DNA of 52,292 bases from Planctomycetales bacterium 4572_13 (GTDB lineage Bacteria > Planctomycetota > Phycisphaerae > Sedimentisphaerales > Anaerohalosphaeraceae), in assembly GCA_002084585.1 (NCBI GenBank), contig NBLM01000001.1, positions 1-52,292 on the forward strand. The letters run 5' to 3'. The notes under the pieces were generated by a model. The model saw only the letters and a list, made by a program, of their open reading frames with translations, did not search any database and was not told the DNA's origin. How positions within the stretch are numbered: position 1 is the stretch's first letter; the number at the start of each line of letters is the position of its first letter. The translations under genes and the position numbers were made by a program. Positions 20,785-29,052 of the stretch are shown here, one piece after another.

Positions 20785-20966
20785 GGCCTCGCAGAGGCCG
20801 GTATGTTGTAGCCACGCCCGTCAGCCCGTGGCTTAGGAATTCGCCCCTCTCCCAGAACCCGCGCAGCGGGCGGAACAAATGTCCCAATGAAAATATCGCC
20901 CCTGTGGGGGCTTGGGGGCTGTTTTTGCCCTCTTAAACCACGCCCTCACGGGCGGAGCTACAACAT
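20785..20966. repeat. Hairpin-cluster / imperfect inverted-repeat element (copy A of a dispersed family)
   Basis: ATGTTGTAGCCACGCCCGTCAGCCCGTGG (20803-) and the reverse complement of CCACGCCCTCACGGGCGGAGCTACAACAT (-20966) form imperfect terminal inverted repeats. The interior is a string of short GC stems with 3-4 nt loops (GGCCTC-gca-GAGGCC, CCCGC-gca-GCGGG, CGCCC-tcac-GGGCG). Confidence 0.5.
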
Positions 20967-21033
20967 TTCGACCTGCGGCCTCCACAAATCGCTGAAAAAC
21001 ACACTGCTATACCCGATTTTTCCATTTTCTTGC

Positions 21034-21062
21034 TTGTAATTGCCCACGCTATTGGCTATAAT
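21034..21062 (+). promoter_or_regulatory. Candidate sigma70-type promoter for ffh
   Basis: TTGTAA (21034-21039), 17 nt, TATAAT (21057-21062). Confidence 0.5.
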
Positions 21063-21118
21063 TTTCGATTCTCGTCGGGGAGTCCCTGCGCAGATAAATG
21101 GTGAAAAACGAAAAAACG

Positions 21119-22537
21119 ATGTTTGACGCTTTAACAGACAAATTTAATTCGGTGTTCCGTTCGCTTTCGGGCCGCGGACGCATTACTGAGGCCAATGTCT
21201 CCGATGCCCTGCGTGAGGTGCGTAAAGCCCTGCTGGAAGCCGATGTTAACTATCAGGTTACAAAGCAGTTCTGCAAAGATGTCAAAGAAGCTGCCCTCGG
21301 TGCCGAGGTCGTCAAGAGTTTGCGCCCCGGCGAGGTACTCATCAAGGTTGTTAATGATGAACTGACCAAGCTGATGGGGCCGGTGGATGCGAAGATTTAT
21401 TATGTCTCGCCGGGACCGACTGTCGTGATGATGGCGGGCTTGCAGGGGTCTGGTAAAACGACCACTGCGGCCAAACTGGCCAAGCTGATCGTCGAAAAAG
21501 ACAGCAAAAGGCCGCTGATGGTGGCTGATGACCTGCAGCGCCCCGCCGCGATCGAACAATTGTGTACGCTCGGTGAACAGCTCGGCGTGGAGGTCTATAA
21601 GGAAGACGGCATCAAGGATGCGGTTAAGGTCGCCAAAAACGGCCTTAAATACGCAAAGAAAAACGGCTTTGATGTCGTCATTCTTGATACCGCAGGCCGA
21701 CTGCATGTTGACGAAGAGATGATGAACGAGATCGCCATGGTCTCGAAAGCCGTCAACCCGCACCAGATTTATCTGGTCTGCGATGCGATGACCGGTCAGG
21801 ATGCGGTTAACTCGGCCAAGGAATTTAACGAGCGGCTGGAGCTGGACGGGGTGATCCTGACCAAACTCGACGGTGATGCCCGTGGTGGTGCCGCCCTGAG
21901 CATCAAGGCCGTAACGGGCAAGCCGATTAAGTTTGTCGGCATGGGCGAAAAGCTCGACAACCTTGAGCCGTTCCATCCGGATCGCATGGCCAGCCGAATC
22001 CTCGGCATGGGCGATGTGGTTACGCTGGTGGAAAAGGCCCAGGAGCAATTCGACGAAGAACAGGCCCAGAAGATGCAGACCAAGATGGCCAAGGGTACTT
22101 TCGGGTTTGATGATTTTCTCAAGCAGATGCAGTCCGTAAAAAAAATGGGCGGCATGAGCAGTATGATGAAACTCTTGCCGGGCATGGGCGGAGCCATGAA
22201 AGATATGGATGTGGACGACGGCGAGATCAGCAAGATCGAAGGCATTGTCCACTCGATGACTAAGCGTGAACGGACGGACCCGGATACAATTGATTCGTCC
22301 CGACGACGACGCATCGCTCGTGGGGCCGGACGGGATGTGCAGGATGTGGCCGGCCTAATCAAGACCTTCAAACGCAGCCGCGAAATGATGAAGATGATGG
22401 CCGGCGGCGGCATGGGTGCTTTGAAAAATATGCTCTCCGGCGGCGGCGACATGATGAGCGCGATGGCCAGCGGCGGGATGCGAAAAGTAAAGCAGCGGAG
22501 CAAGCGAAAACGCCAGCCCCGAAAGAAACGCAGGTAA
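21119..22537 (+). CDS. ffh: Signal recognition particle protein Ffh
   Basis: MFDALTDKF N-terminus. GTPase motifs GLQGSGKTTT, DTAGR and TKLD. Met-rich M-domain with a basic tail. Confidence 0.95.
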   Translation: MFDALTDKFNSVFRSLSGRGRITEANVSDALREVRKALLEADVNYQVTKQFCKDVKEAALGAEVVKSLRPGEVLIKVVNDELTKLMGPVDAKIYYVSPGPTVVMMAGLQGSGKTTTAAKLAKLIVEKDSKRPLMVADDLQRPAAIEQLCTLGEQLGVEVYKEDGIKDAVKVAKNGLKYAKKNGFDVVILDTAGRLHVDEEMMNEIAMVSKAVNPHQIYLVCDAMTGQDAVNSAKEFNERLELDGVILTKLDGDARGGAALSIKAVTGKPIKFVGMGEKLDNLEPFHPDRMASRILGMGDVVTLVEKAQEQFDEEQAQKMQTKMAKGTFGFDDFLKQMQSVKKMGGMSSMMKLLPGMGGAMKDMDVDDGEISKIEGIVHSMTKRERTDPDTIDSSRRRRIARGAGRDVQDVAGLIKTFKRSREMMKMMAGGGMGALKNMLSGGGDMMSAMASGGMRKVKQRSKRKRQPRKKRR

Positions 22538-22627
22538 GTAATGTAAGAGTTCAAGCTTTAGCTTGTTCGCAGGGTGGCACGGTCAAGCTCTGCTTGGCCG
22601 TGGACGGTCGTTGCTTAAACAGAGACA

Positions 22628-22975
22628 TTGACATTGAAAATTGAAGAATACTTACAATCGCTGAAAGTTTTTGTGGATGACGCCTATGGGCGGCAGATAC
22701 GAAGCCAGTTTCAGACGATTGACGGCAAAAGCGAACTGGCGATGCTGAGTAGTCCTTCGCGGGATGAATACGACCAGTTGGCCCGTGCCGTAGCAATTAT
22801 GACGGCAGTGGAAAAAGAAGATGCTGCTTCACTGACCGACGAACAGGTCGAACGAATCGCCGAAGACGCGAAGGTTGACAAGGCGATACTGACAATATTT
22901 TTCAACGGTTTTGCTTTGAAAGAAAAAAAATGGATAACTTGTTTTGCCGACGCAATGGGTGACGGCAAAAATTAA
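22628..22975 (+). CDS. Hypothetical protein between ffh and rpsP
   Basis: 115-aa ORF co-directional with its neighbours. TTG start, no recognisable motif, and a competing antisense ORF (22711-22968) exists. Confidence 0.4.
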   Translation: MTLKIEEYLQSLKVFVDDAYGRQIRSQFQTIDGKSELAMLSSPSRDEYDQLARAVAIMTAVEKEDAASLTDEQVERIAEDAKVDKAILTIFFNGFALKEKKWITCFADAMGDGKN

Positions 22976-23002
22976 TCATAGAGTAAATGAAAGGAAACGA
23001 AC

Positions 23003-23530
23003 ATGGCAGTAAAGATCAGAATGACCCGTATGGGTCGGCGGCATCGTCCGTTCTTCCGCATCAACGCAATTGAGGGGCGAAACCCGCGCGACGGACGCAT
23101 CCTCGAAAAGCTGGGCCACTACGACCCGCTGGAGAAGGATGCAGACAAACAATATGTACTGAACAAAGAACGGATCGAGTTCTGGATCAGCCAGGGTGCG
23201 ATCGCCTCGGACACCTGTGCGGAAGTTTTCAAGAAAAAGCTCGATGTACTCAGTCCACAGTTTGAAGCCAAACTCCAGCGCCGCGCAAGGGCCAAGGCCA
23301 TCGCCCGCAAACTGGGTAAACCGTTCACTGAAGCCGAACGCATTGCCGCAGCAAAAGCGGTTGAAGATGCTGCGAATGCCGAAGCAAAAGCGGCCGAAGA
23401 GGCCGCAGCAGCAGCCAAAGCTGCTGAGGAAAAAGCCGCCGCTGATGCCAAAGCCGCTGAAGAAGAAGCTGCTGCCAAGGCCGCCGAAGAAGCGAAAGCT
23501 GATGATGCCGGCGAAGAAAAGACAGAATAA
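23003..23530 (+). CDS. rpsP: 30S ribosomal protein S16 with ~90-aa Ala/Glu/Lys-rich C-terminal extension
   Basis: MAVKIRMTRMGRRHRPFFRINA...GHYDPL is canonical S16. The tail is AEAKAAEEAAAAAKAAEEKAAADAKAAEEEAAAKAAEEAKADD. Confidence 0.93.
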   Translation: MAVKIRMTRMGRRHRPFFRINAIEGRNPRDGRILEKLGHYDPLEKDADKQYVLNKERIEFWISQGAIASDTCAEVFKKKLDVLSPQFEAKLQRRARAKAIARKLGKPFTEAERIAAAKAVEDAANAEAKAAEEAAAAAKAAEEKAAADAKAAEEEAAAKAAEEAKADDAGEEKTE

Positions 23531-23533
23531 GTT

Positions 23534-24247
23534 ATGCGTATCGATGTTTTGACACTGTTCCCGGAGATGTTTGACTCACCGTTGAGTCATTCGATTCTCA
23601 AACGGGCACAGGAGCGAAACATCGTTGAGGTTGTTCTTTCAAATATTAGAGATTTTGCCACCGACAGTTACCGCAAGGTCGATGACAAGCCGTACGGCGG
23701 CGGAGCCGGAATGGTCATGACACCCGCACCCGTGTTCGATTGCTTTGAATATGTGCAGGCACAGGCCGACCAAGTGCCCCGCGTTATTCTGCTAACGCCG
23801 CAGGGGACCCCCCTGTCGCAGGACAAGGTCGTCGAGTTGAGCCAACAGCCGCGATTGATAATGATCGCCGGTCGTTACGAGGGCTTTGATGAACGCATCC
23901 GAACGGGACTGAACGCCGAGGCCATTTCGATTGGCGATTTCGTCCTCAGCGGCGGCGAGTTAGCCGCAATGGTGCTGATCGACGCAGTCGTCCGACGGTT
24001 GCCCGATGCACTGGGCGATGACGACTCGGCCCTGGACGATTCGTTCTGTAACGGGCTTTTGGAATATCCGCAGTACACGCGTCCGGAAGTATTCCGAGAC
24101 ATGAAAGTACCGGAGATCCTGCTCAGCGGCGACCACGGCAAAATCGAAAAATGGCGAAAAGAACAAAGCATTGAACGCACAAAACAATGGCGGCCGGATA
24201 TCTATGAAAAGTATCAGCAGGCCGAATCCAGAAAAAACGAAAAATAA
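23534..24247 (+). CDS. trmD: tRNA (guanine37-N1)-methyltransferase
   Basis: [13 protein letters not shown]..., [18 protein letters not shown] and LSGGELAA motifs. Confidence 0.95.
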   Translation: MRIDVLTLFPEMFDSPLSHSILKRAQERNIVEVVLSNIRDFATDSYRKVDDKPYGGGAGMVMTPAPVFDCFEYVQAQADQVPRVILLTPQGTPLSQDKVVELSQQPRLIMIAGRYEGFDERIRTGLNAEAISIGDFVLSGGELAAMVLIDAVVRRLPDALGDDDSALDDSFCNGLLEYPQYTRPEVFRDMKVPEILLSGDHGKIEKWRKEQSIERTKQWRPDIYEKYQQAESRKNEK

Positions 24248-24265
24248 GAAACAGGAGATAATTCC

Positions 24266-24634
24266 GTGAAAACGAAAATACTCGAATCCGTAGAAAAAGG
24301 CAGCTTACGTGAAAAAATACCGCATTTTGAGATCGGCGACATCGTCGATGTGCACTGCCGGATCGTCGAAGGCGAAAAGACCCGTACACAGATCTTCAGC
24401 GGCACCGTCATCGGTCGCAAGGGTCGCGGCATGAACGAAAGCTTCACCGTTCGTCGCATGGTCGGCAGCGAAGGCGTCGAGCGTATCTTTCCGCTCAACT
24501 CGCCAAACCTGATAGACATTCGCGCGACCCGCAGTGGCAAAACCCGCCGGGCCAAGCTGTACTACCTACGACAGCGCGTGGGCAAGGGCGTCCGTCTCGC
24601 ACAGCGCCACAGCAGCCATACGGTTACTAAATAG
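24266..24634 (+). CDS. rplS: 50S ribosomal protein L19
   Basis: IPHFEIGDIVDVH...EGEKTRTQIFSGTVI...SFTVRR. GTG start preceded by AGGAG. Confidence 0.95.
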   Translation: MKTKILESVEKGSLREKIPHFEIGDIVDVHCRIVEGEKTRTQIFSGTVIGRKGRGMNESFTVRRMVGSEGVERIFPLNSPNLIDIRATRSGKTRRAKLYYLRQRVGKGVRLAQRHSSHTVTK

Positions 24635-24637
24635 CGT

Positions 24638-25069
24638 ATGGGCCTTGTCGTATTAGCAGGATGCTTAGGCGGTTTCGCAGTCATGCCATGGGTGCGAAGG
24701 AGGTTGCTCGCCGACCCGAAACGACTGGGTCGCTGGGGCCAGAACAAGGCCGAGGCGTTTCTTAAACGCCGGCGGCTGCGAACGCTGGCCCGCAACTTCG
24801 CGGGCACCAACGGGGAACTGGACCTGGTCATGGGTGATTGGGACGGAACCATCGTCTTTGTCGAAGTTAAGACCCGTCGTGATGAAAAGTTTATGCCGGC
24901 GCTGGCCGCAGTGAACGCCGAAAAACGAAGACATATTACGCGAACCGCAAAGTGCTTTCTGAGACAATTCAAAATCTCAAACAGGCCTTTGCGGTTCGAT
25001 ATCGTTACCGTCATCCTCGGCAACAAAGGCAAACCCGAAATCCAACACTACCCCAACGCATTTGTATGA
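24638..25069 (+). CDS. yraN: YraN-family (UPF0102) endonuclease-like protein
   Basis: GELDLVM...IVFVEVKTRR core and C-terminal RFDIV motif typical of the family. Confidence 0.8.
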   Translation: MGLVVLAGCLGGFAVMPWVRRRLLADPKRLGRWGQNKAEAFLKRRRLRTLARNFAGTNGELDLVMGDWDGTIVFVEVKTRRDEKFMPALAAVNAEKRRHITRTAKCFLRQFKISNRPLRFDIVTVILGNKGKPEIQHYPNAFV

Positions 25070-25084
25070 AATCAGAATATTCCT

Positions 25085-25170
25085 CTTAGGTCCCGAGGGA
25101 CAAAATACAATAGCCGGTGGTGAAACCACCGGAAGAGTGGATTCTCTATTTACAAGCCCCAACGGGGCGA
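25085..25170. repeat. Hairpin-cluster element (copy B)
   Basis: GTCCC-ga-GGGAC (25090-25101), AATAGCC followed by CCGGTGG-tgaaa-CCACCGG (25114-25132), and GCCCC-aac-GGGGC (25156-25168). It lies between yraN and truD. Confidence 0.45.
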
Positions 25171-25191
25171 CACAAAAAACACAGCGCAAAA

Positions 25192-26442
25192 ATGAATCCT
25201 GAACCCAAGAACAATCAGACACTTCAAGTCAGCTTGCCGCTGCTGACCAGCGACATCGACGGCGTCGGCGGGACGATCAAAACAATTCCAGCCGATTTCG
25301 TCGTCGAGGAGATTCCGCAGTATGAGTTCTCCGGCGAGGGAACCCATGTTTACGCATTCGTCCAGAAAAAGAGTATGTCCACGCAGGACATGATGAATCT
25401 GGTCGCGCGGCATGTGGGTATTCGCACGCTGGATGTCGGCTACGCCGGCCGCAAGGATGCCCGCGCCATCACCCGCCAGTGGATCTCCGTCGAGCATATC
25501 GACCCGGCGAAGCTGGCCGAACTGGAAAGCCCGAAGCTGAAAATCCTCGATCTCACACGCCACACCAACAAGCTCAAGGTCGGCCATCTCAAGGGCAATC
25601 GCTTCACCATCCGCCTGCGAAACCTCAATTGTCCAGTCCAAGAAGCAGTGCCCATCGCCACAGAGATCATGGAAATCCTCGCAACCAAAGGCGTACCCAA
25701 TTATTTCGGCCCCCAGCGGTTCGGCTATCGGGGCGACTCCGGCCTGCTCGGTCATGCGGTCATTAAAAAAGATACCCAGGATTTTTTCGATGTCCTTTTA
25801 GGAAAGTCCGAATTGTTCGGCGATGATGAATTTACCGAAGCCCGACAGCTTTACCAGCAAGGTCTGTTTGAAGAAGCGTTTTACAAATGGCATTCGGCGT
25901 TCGGCGACCATCGAAAGGCCCTCAAGACGCTGATCCGGCTAAACGGCAACACCAACCGGGCGTTCCGCCAGTTCGACAAACGAATGCTGCGACTGTTCGT
26001 TGCGGCGTGGCAATCGAATCTGTTCAACCGCGTGCTCGCCGCACGGATGCCGGATATCGACACGATCCTTGATGGCGATATGGCGTATAAACACGCAAAC
26101 GGTGCCAGTTTCTGTGTCGAAGACGCCGCAACGGAACAGCCGCGATGCGATGTTTTTGACATCAGCCCCACCGGGCCGCTGATCGGAAACCGGATGACAC
26201 GGCTCACCGGACTGGCGGGTGAGATCGAAAAACCCCTGCTCGATGCGGCGGATCTAACCGAGGACGACTACAAACGCCTGACAAAATTCGGCGGCGTAGG
26301 CGGCAGACGACCCCTGCGGTTTAAGCCGGAACGGACCAAGATCGCCGCGGCAGAAGACGAACACGGCGACTACCTCGAACTCCACTTCACACTCCCCAGC
26401 GGATGCTACGCTACCGTTCTCTTGCAGGAAATTACAAAATAA
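25192..26442 (+). CDS. truD: tRNA pseudouridine(13) synthase TruD
   Basis: IKTIPADFVVEEI, the GYAGRKDARAITRQW catalytic-Asp motif, and NYFGPQRFG. Start taken at ATG 25192 because the ORF-track extension (25117-) runs through the hairpin element. Confidence 0.9.
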   Translation: MNPEPKNNQTLQVSLPLLTSDIDGVGGTIKTIPADFVVEEIPQYEFSGEGTHVYAFVQKKSMSTQDMMNLVARHVGIRTLDVGYAGRKDARAITRQWISVEHIDPAKLAELESPKLKILDLTRHTNKLKVGHLKGNRFTIRLRNLNCPVQEAVPIATEIMEILATKGVPNYFGPQRFGYRGDSGLLGHAVIKKDTQDFFDVLLGKSELFGDDEFTEARQLYQQGLFEEAFYKWHSAFGDHRKALKTLIRLNGNTNRAFRQFDKRMLRLFVAAWQSNLFNRVLAARMPDIDTILDGDMAYKHANGASFCVEDAATEQPRCDVFDISPTGPLIGNRMTRLTGLAGEIEKPLLDAADLTEDDYKRLTKFGGVGGRRPLRFKPERTKIAAAEDEHGDYLELHFTLPSGCYATVLLQEITK

Positions 26443-26562
26443 GATTGGTTTTTTTTTATTTTCCTGTAACCATTTCCGAAAATCTTTTACTAACTCATTG
26501 AAAAGACCCTCGAAAAAGGAAAAAACAAGTTATCGGAAACCAATTATTGAAAGGAACGGAAA

Positions 26563-27111
26563 ATGAAAACGAAAACACTCGCAATTAGCGTACTCCTGCT
26601 GGCGATCGTACTGACTCCACTGACAATGGCCGAATCTGGGCGGCGTGGACCTCGCGGCGGGCGAGAACGCGATGGATTCCGCGGACACCCCGGTATGGGT
26701 GGTGATAGGGGCGGATTTCTGCTCGGCAGGATGGCAGACAAACTCGATCTGACCGAAGAACAACGGGCCGACATCAAAGCCATTACGGAAGAGGCCAAAC
26801 CCGAAGAATCGCGTCAGGCCGTCCGCAAAGCGATAAAAACTCTGCATGAAGCCACCGCCAATGGCACGGAGGCAGAGATTATCGCCGCCGGAAAGGCCGT
26901 TGGAGACGCTTTCACAGAACAGGCCCTGTTGCGGGCCGCCACCATGAAAGAGGTCAAAAAAATTCTAACCGACGAACAGCTCGCGCAGTTTGAAGAACGG
27001 AAAGCCGAGATGAAAGAACGCATGCAGCAGCGTCGTAAGGATGGTGATGGCCCTCACGGAAAACGCGGCGAAGGCGGAAGACACAACAGACAGCAACCTG
27101 ATCAGGACTGA
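26563..27111 (+). CDS. Periplasmic Spy/CpxP-family (LTxxQ motif) protein
   Basis: Signal peptide, two LTxxQ motifs (LTEEQ, LTDEQ), and a helical charged sequence. AAGGA precedes the ATG. Confidence 0.72.
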   Translation: MKTKTLAISVLLLAIVLTPLTMAESGRRGPRGGRERDGFRGHPGMGGDRGGFLLGRMADKLDLTEEQRADIKAITEEAKPEESRQAVRKAIKTLHEATANGTEAEIIAAGKAVGDAFTEQALLRAATMKEVKKILTDEQLAQFEERKAEMKERMQQRRKDGDGPHGKRGEGGRHNRQQPDQD

Positions 27112-27133
27112 ACACCCCATCCAGCATATACGC

Positions 27134-27170
27134 CAAAGACCCCGTTGATCGCTGACAACGGGGTCTTTGG
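27134..27170. terminator. Bidirectional intrinsic terminator between convergent genes
   Basis: 15-bp stem CCAAAGACCCCGTTG/CAACGGGGTCTTTGG with a 7-nt loop, between the Spy-like (+) and thiC (-) stop codons. Confidence 0.75.
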
Positions 27171-27194
27171 TATTCGTTGAAATTTGTTTATGGA

Positions 27195-28505
27195 TTACTG
27201 CTTACCGGAAACGGTATTCCGCAATTCCTTATTGATCCGCACACTGCACCATTCCTTGCCGCACATCGTACAGTAATCTTCGCCGCCTTGTCCGGGCATT
27301 GTACTCTGCTTGCACGCCTCATCATACATCGCACGGGCGGTCTTCGTATCAATCGCCTCGTTCAGATGTTTTTCCCAGTCCAGATTGGCCCGCGCCTCGC
27401 TGATCCGGCGGTCGCGTTCGGCGGCATTGCCAAATCCTCGCGCTACATCCGCCGCGTGTGCGGCGATCTTGGAAGTTACCACGCCGGCTCGCACATCGTC
27501 TGTATTCGGCAGGCCCAGATGTTCTCGCGGCGTGACATAACATAAAAACGAAGCGCCATAGAACGCCGCCGCCGTGCCGCCAATGGCGCTGGTAATATGG
27601 TCATAGCCCGGGGCGATATCCGTTACGAGCGGGCCGAGTACATAAAACGGGGCATCGTTGCAGATTTCCTGCTGCATCTCCATATTCTTTTGAATCTGGT
27701 CATACGGCACATGCCCGGGGCCCTCGACCATCACCTGGCAGCCCTTTTCCTGCGCCCGCTGCGTCAGTTCGCCCAGCGTCCGCAATTCGGCGATCTGCGC
27801 GGCATCGGTCGCATCGGCAATACATCCCGGTCGCAATCCGTCACCCAGCGAAAAACACACATCATATTCTCGCATAATATCGCACAGGTCGTCAAACAAC
27901 TCATACATCGGATTCTGCTTGTTGTGGTGAACCATCCATTTGGCCATCAGCGCCCCGCCCCGGCTGACAATTCCACAAACGCGGCTGGAAAGCAGGTCCA
28001 GATGCTCTTTCAGCAGCCCCGCGTGAATCGTAAAAAAGTCCACACCCTGTTTGGCCTGTTTTTCCACAATTTTCAAGATCGCGTTATAATCAATATCTTC
28101 AACGGTTCGGTCCATAATGACTTCATAGACCGGCACGGTCCCAAACATCACCGAACACTCACTCAGCAGTCTTTCGCGAATCGCATCCAGATCGCCGCCG
28201 GTACTCAAGTCCATCATCGCATCGGCTCCGGCATCCAGAGCCACTTTCATTTTTTCGACCTCACCCTCCAGCGACGACCGTACCCCGCTGCATCCGATGT
28301 TGGCGTTGATCTTAACCGACACCGCCCGCCCGACCGCCGCAGGAACCAGATTGCCCGCTAAGTGGATTGTGTTGGCCGGTATCACAAGCCGTCCCGCCGC
28401 CAGTTCGTCACGGATGACATGGACATCCACACCTTCCTGCTGAGCCGCACATTTCATGGCCTCGGATATCTGGCCGTCACGGGCCAGTTGTAATTGTGTT
28501 GACAT
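27195..28505 (-). CDS. thiC: Phosphomethylpyrimidine synthase ThiC
   Basis: MSTQLQLARDGQISEAM start, VMVEGPGH, TPREHLGLPN, KIAAHAADVARG and a C-terminal CTMCG..WC cluster. ATG 28505 is preceded by GGAG 7 nt upstream. Confidence 0.95.
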   Translation of the reverse strand: MSTQLQLARDGQISEAMKCAAQQEGVDVHVIRDELAAGRLVIPANTIHLAGNLVPAAVGRAVSVKINANIGCSGVRSSLEGEVEKMKVALDAGADAMMDLSTGGDLDAIRERLLSECSVMFGTVPVYEVIMDRTVEDIDYNAILKIVEKQAKQGVDFFTIHAGLLKEHLDLLSSRVCGIVSRGGALMAKWMVHHNKQNPMYELFDDLCDIMREYDVCFSLGDGLRPGCIADATDAAQIAELRTLGELTQRAQEKGCQVMVEGPGHVPYDQIQKNMEMQQEICNDAPFYVLGPLVTDIAPGYDHITSAIGGTAAAFYGASFLCYVTPREHLGLPNTDDVRAGVVTSKIAAHAADVARGFGNAAERDRRISEARANLDWEKHLNEAIDTKTARAMYDEACKQSTMPGQGGEDYCTMCGKEWCSVRINKELRNTVSGKQ

Positions 28506-28576
28506 TAGTAAACTCCAAAAAAAAATCGCCTCATCAATGGAAGCGATCGATGCCATTTATTTTCGGCTGTCAATAC

Positions 28577-28672
28577 CGCTTCCCTACGCAGGAGTTGCCC
28601 ATACCTCATCGGACTCCCTGATCAGGTTCGAAGGGTTTTTTCTCAGGCCGAGAACTCCGGCCACCCCCAGCG
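28577..28672 (-). promoter_or_regulatory. TPP (THI-box) riboswitch aptamer upstream of thiC
   Basis: Minus strand reads CGCTGGGGGTGGCC...GGCCTGAGAAAAAACCCTTCGAACCTGATCAGG...CCTGCGTAGGGAAGCG. This matches the conserved GGGGTG / CTGAGA / ACCCTT-GAACCTGATC / GCGTAGGGA blocks with a closing P1 (CGCT/AGCG). Downstream, a weak hairpin plus T9 (plus A-run 28517-28525) precedes the SD. Confidence 0.85.
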
Positions 28673-28682
28673 AACAAAAAGC

Positions 28683-28711
28683 ATTATAGCCCGACTGTCA
28701 GACAAAGTCAA
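28683..28711 (-). promoter_or_regulatory. Sigma70-type promoter driving the TPP riboswitch-thiC transcript
   Basis: Minus strand reads TTGACT (28711-28706), 17 nt, TATAAT (28688-28683). The predicted start is a few nt 5' of the riboswitch P1. Confidence 0.65.
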
Positions 28712-28834
28712 AACCCGTTTCCCTGCCCGAAAACAAGACCCTGCAGGACTGGTTCTATGCCGATATATCGGCATAATTATATGCAAAAAAACGCACTTTG
28801 GACCTTTCTAAGCGTAGTAATAATAGAGTTTTCT

Positions 28835-28898
28835 CCCTTCCGATGAAGGGGCCGGTGATACGGGGGGATTGGTTCCTCTCAACGGCCCCTTCTTTTTT
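28835..28898 (+). promoter_or_regulatory. Orphan terminator/antiterminator leader upstream of the lipoprotein pair
   Basis: Terminator stem GAAGGGGCCG (28845-28854) / CGGCCCCTTC (28883-28892) followed by T6 (28893-28898). A mutually exclusive upstream hairpin CCCTTC (28835-28840)-cgat-GAAGGG (28845-28850) uses the same 5' arm. There is no plus-strand gene upstream. Confidence 0.4.
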
Positions 28899-29052
28899 GT
28901 CTGAGCGATTGATAGTGCCACACCTTACCGTCAGAATCTTTTGTATCTTCCCAAATAGACCTTGATTTTCTCGGCCAAACCGGATATTCGTAAATACAGT
29001 ATTATCGAGATTCTCAAAGGAATGATGATTCTTAAATTTAGGAGATAAAGTT

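Noticed and set aside
20545-21097. SRP RNA (or another housekeeping ncRNA) in the long region upstream of ffh
   Set aside because: There is no GGAAGCAGCC-type domain IV motif or RNase P, 6S or tmRNA signatures. The structure is explained by the hairpin-cluster repeat.
21131-22252. 373-aa minus-strand ORF
   Set aside because: It is antisense to ffh, which is unambiguous. The same reasoning applies to the other long antisense ORFs at 9261-10073, 11593-12285, 19426-20076, 25150-25755, 27597-28361, 35106-35723, 39101-39766, 40570-41304, 48716-49261 and 50554-51096.
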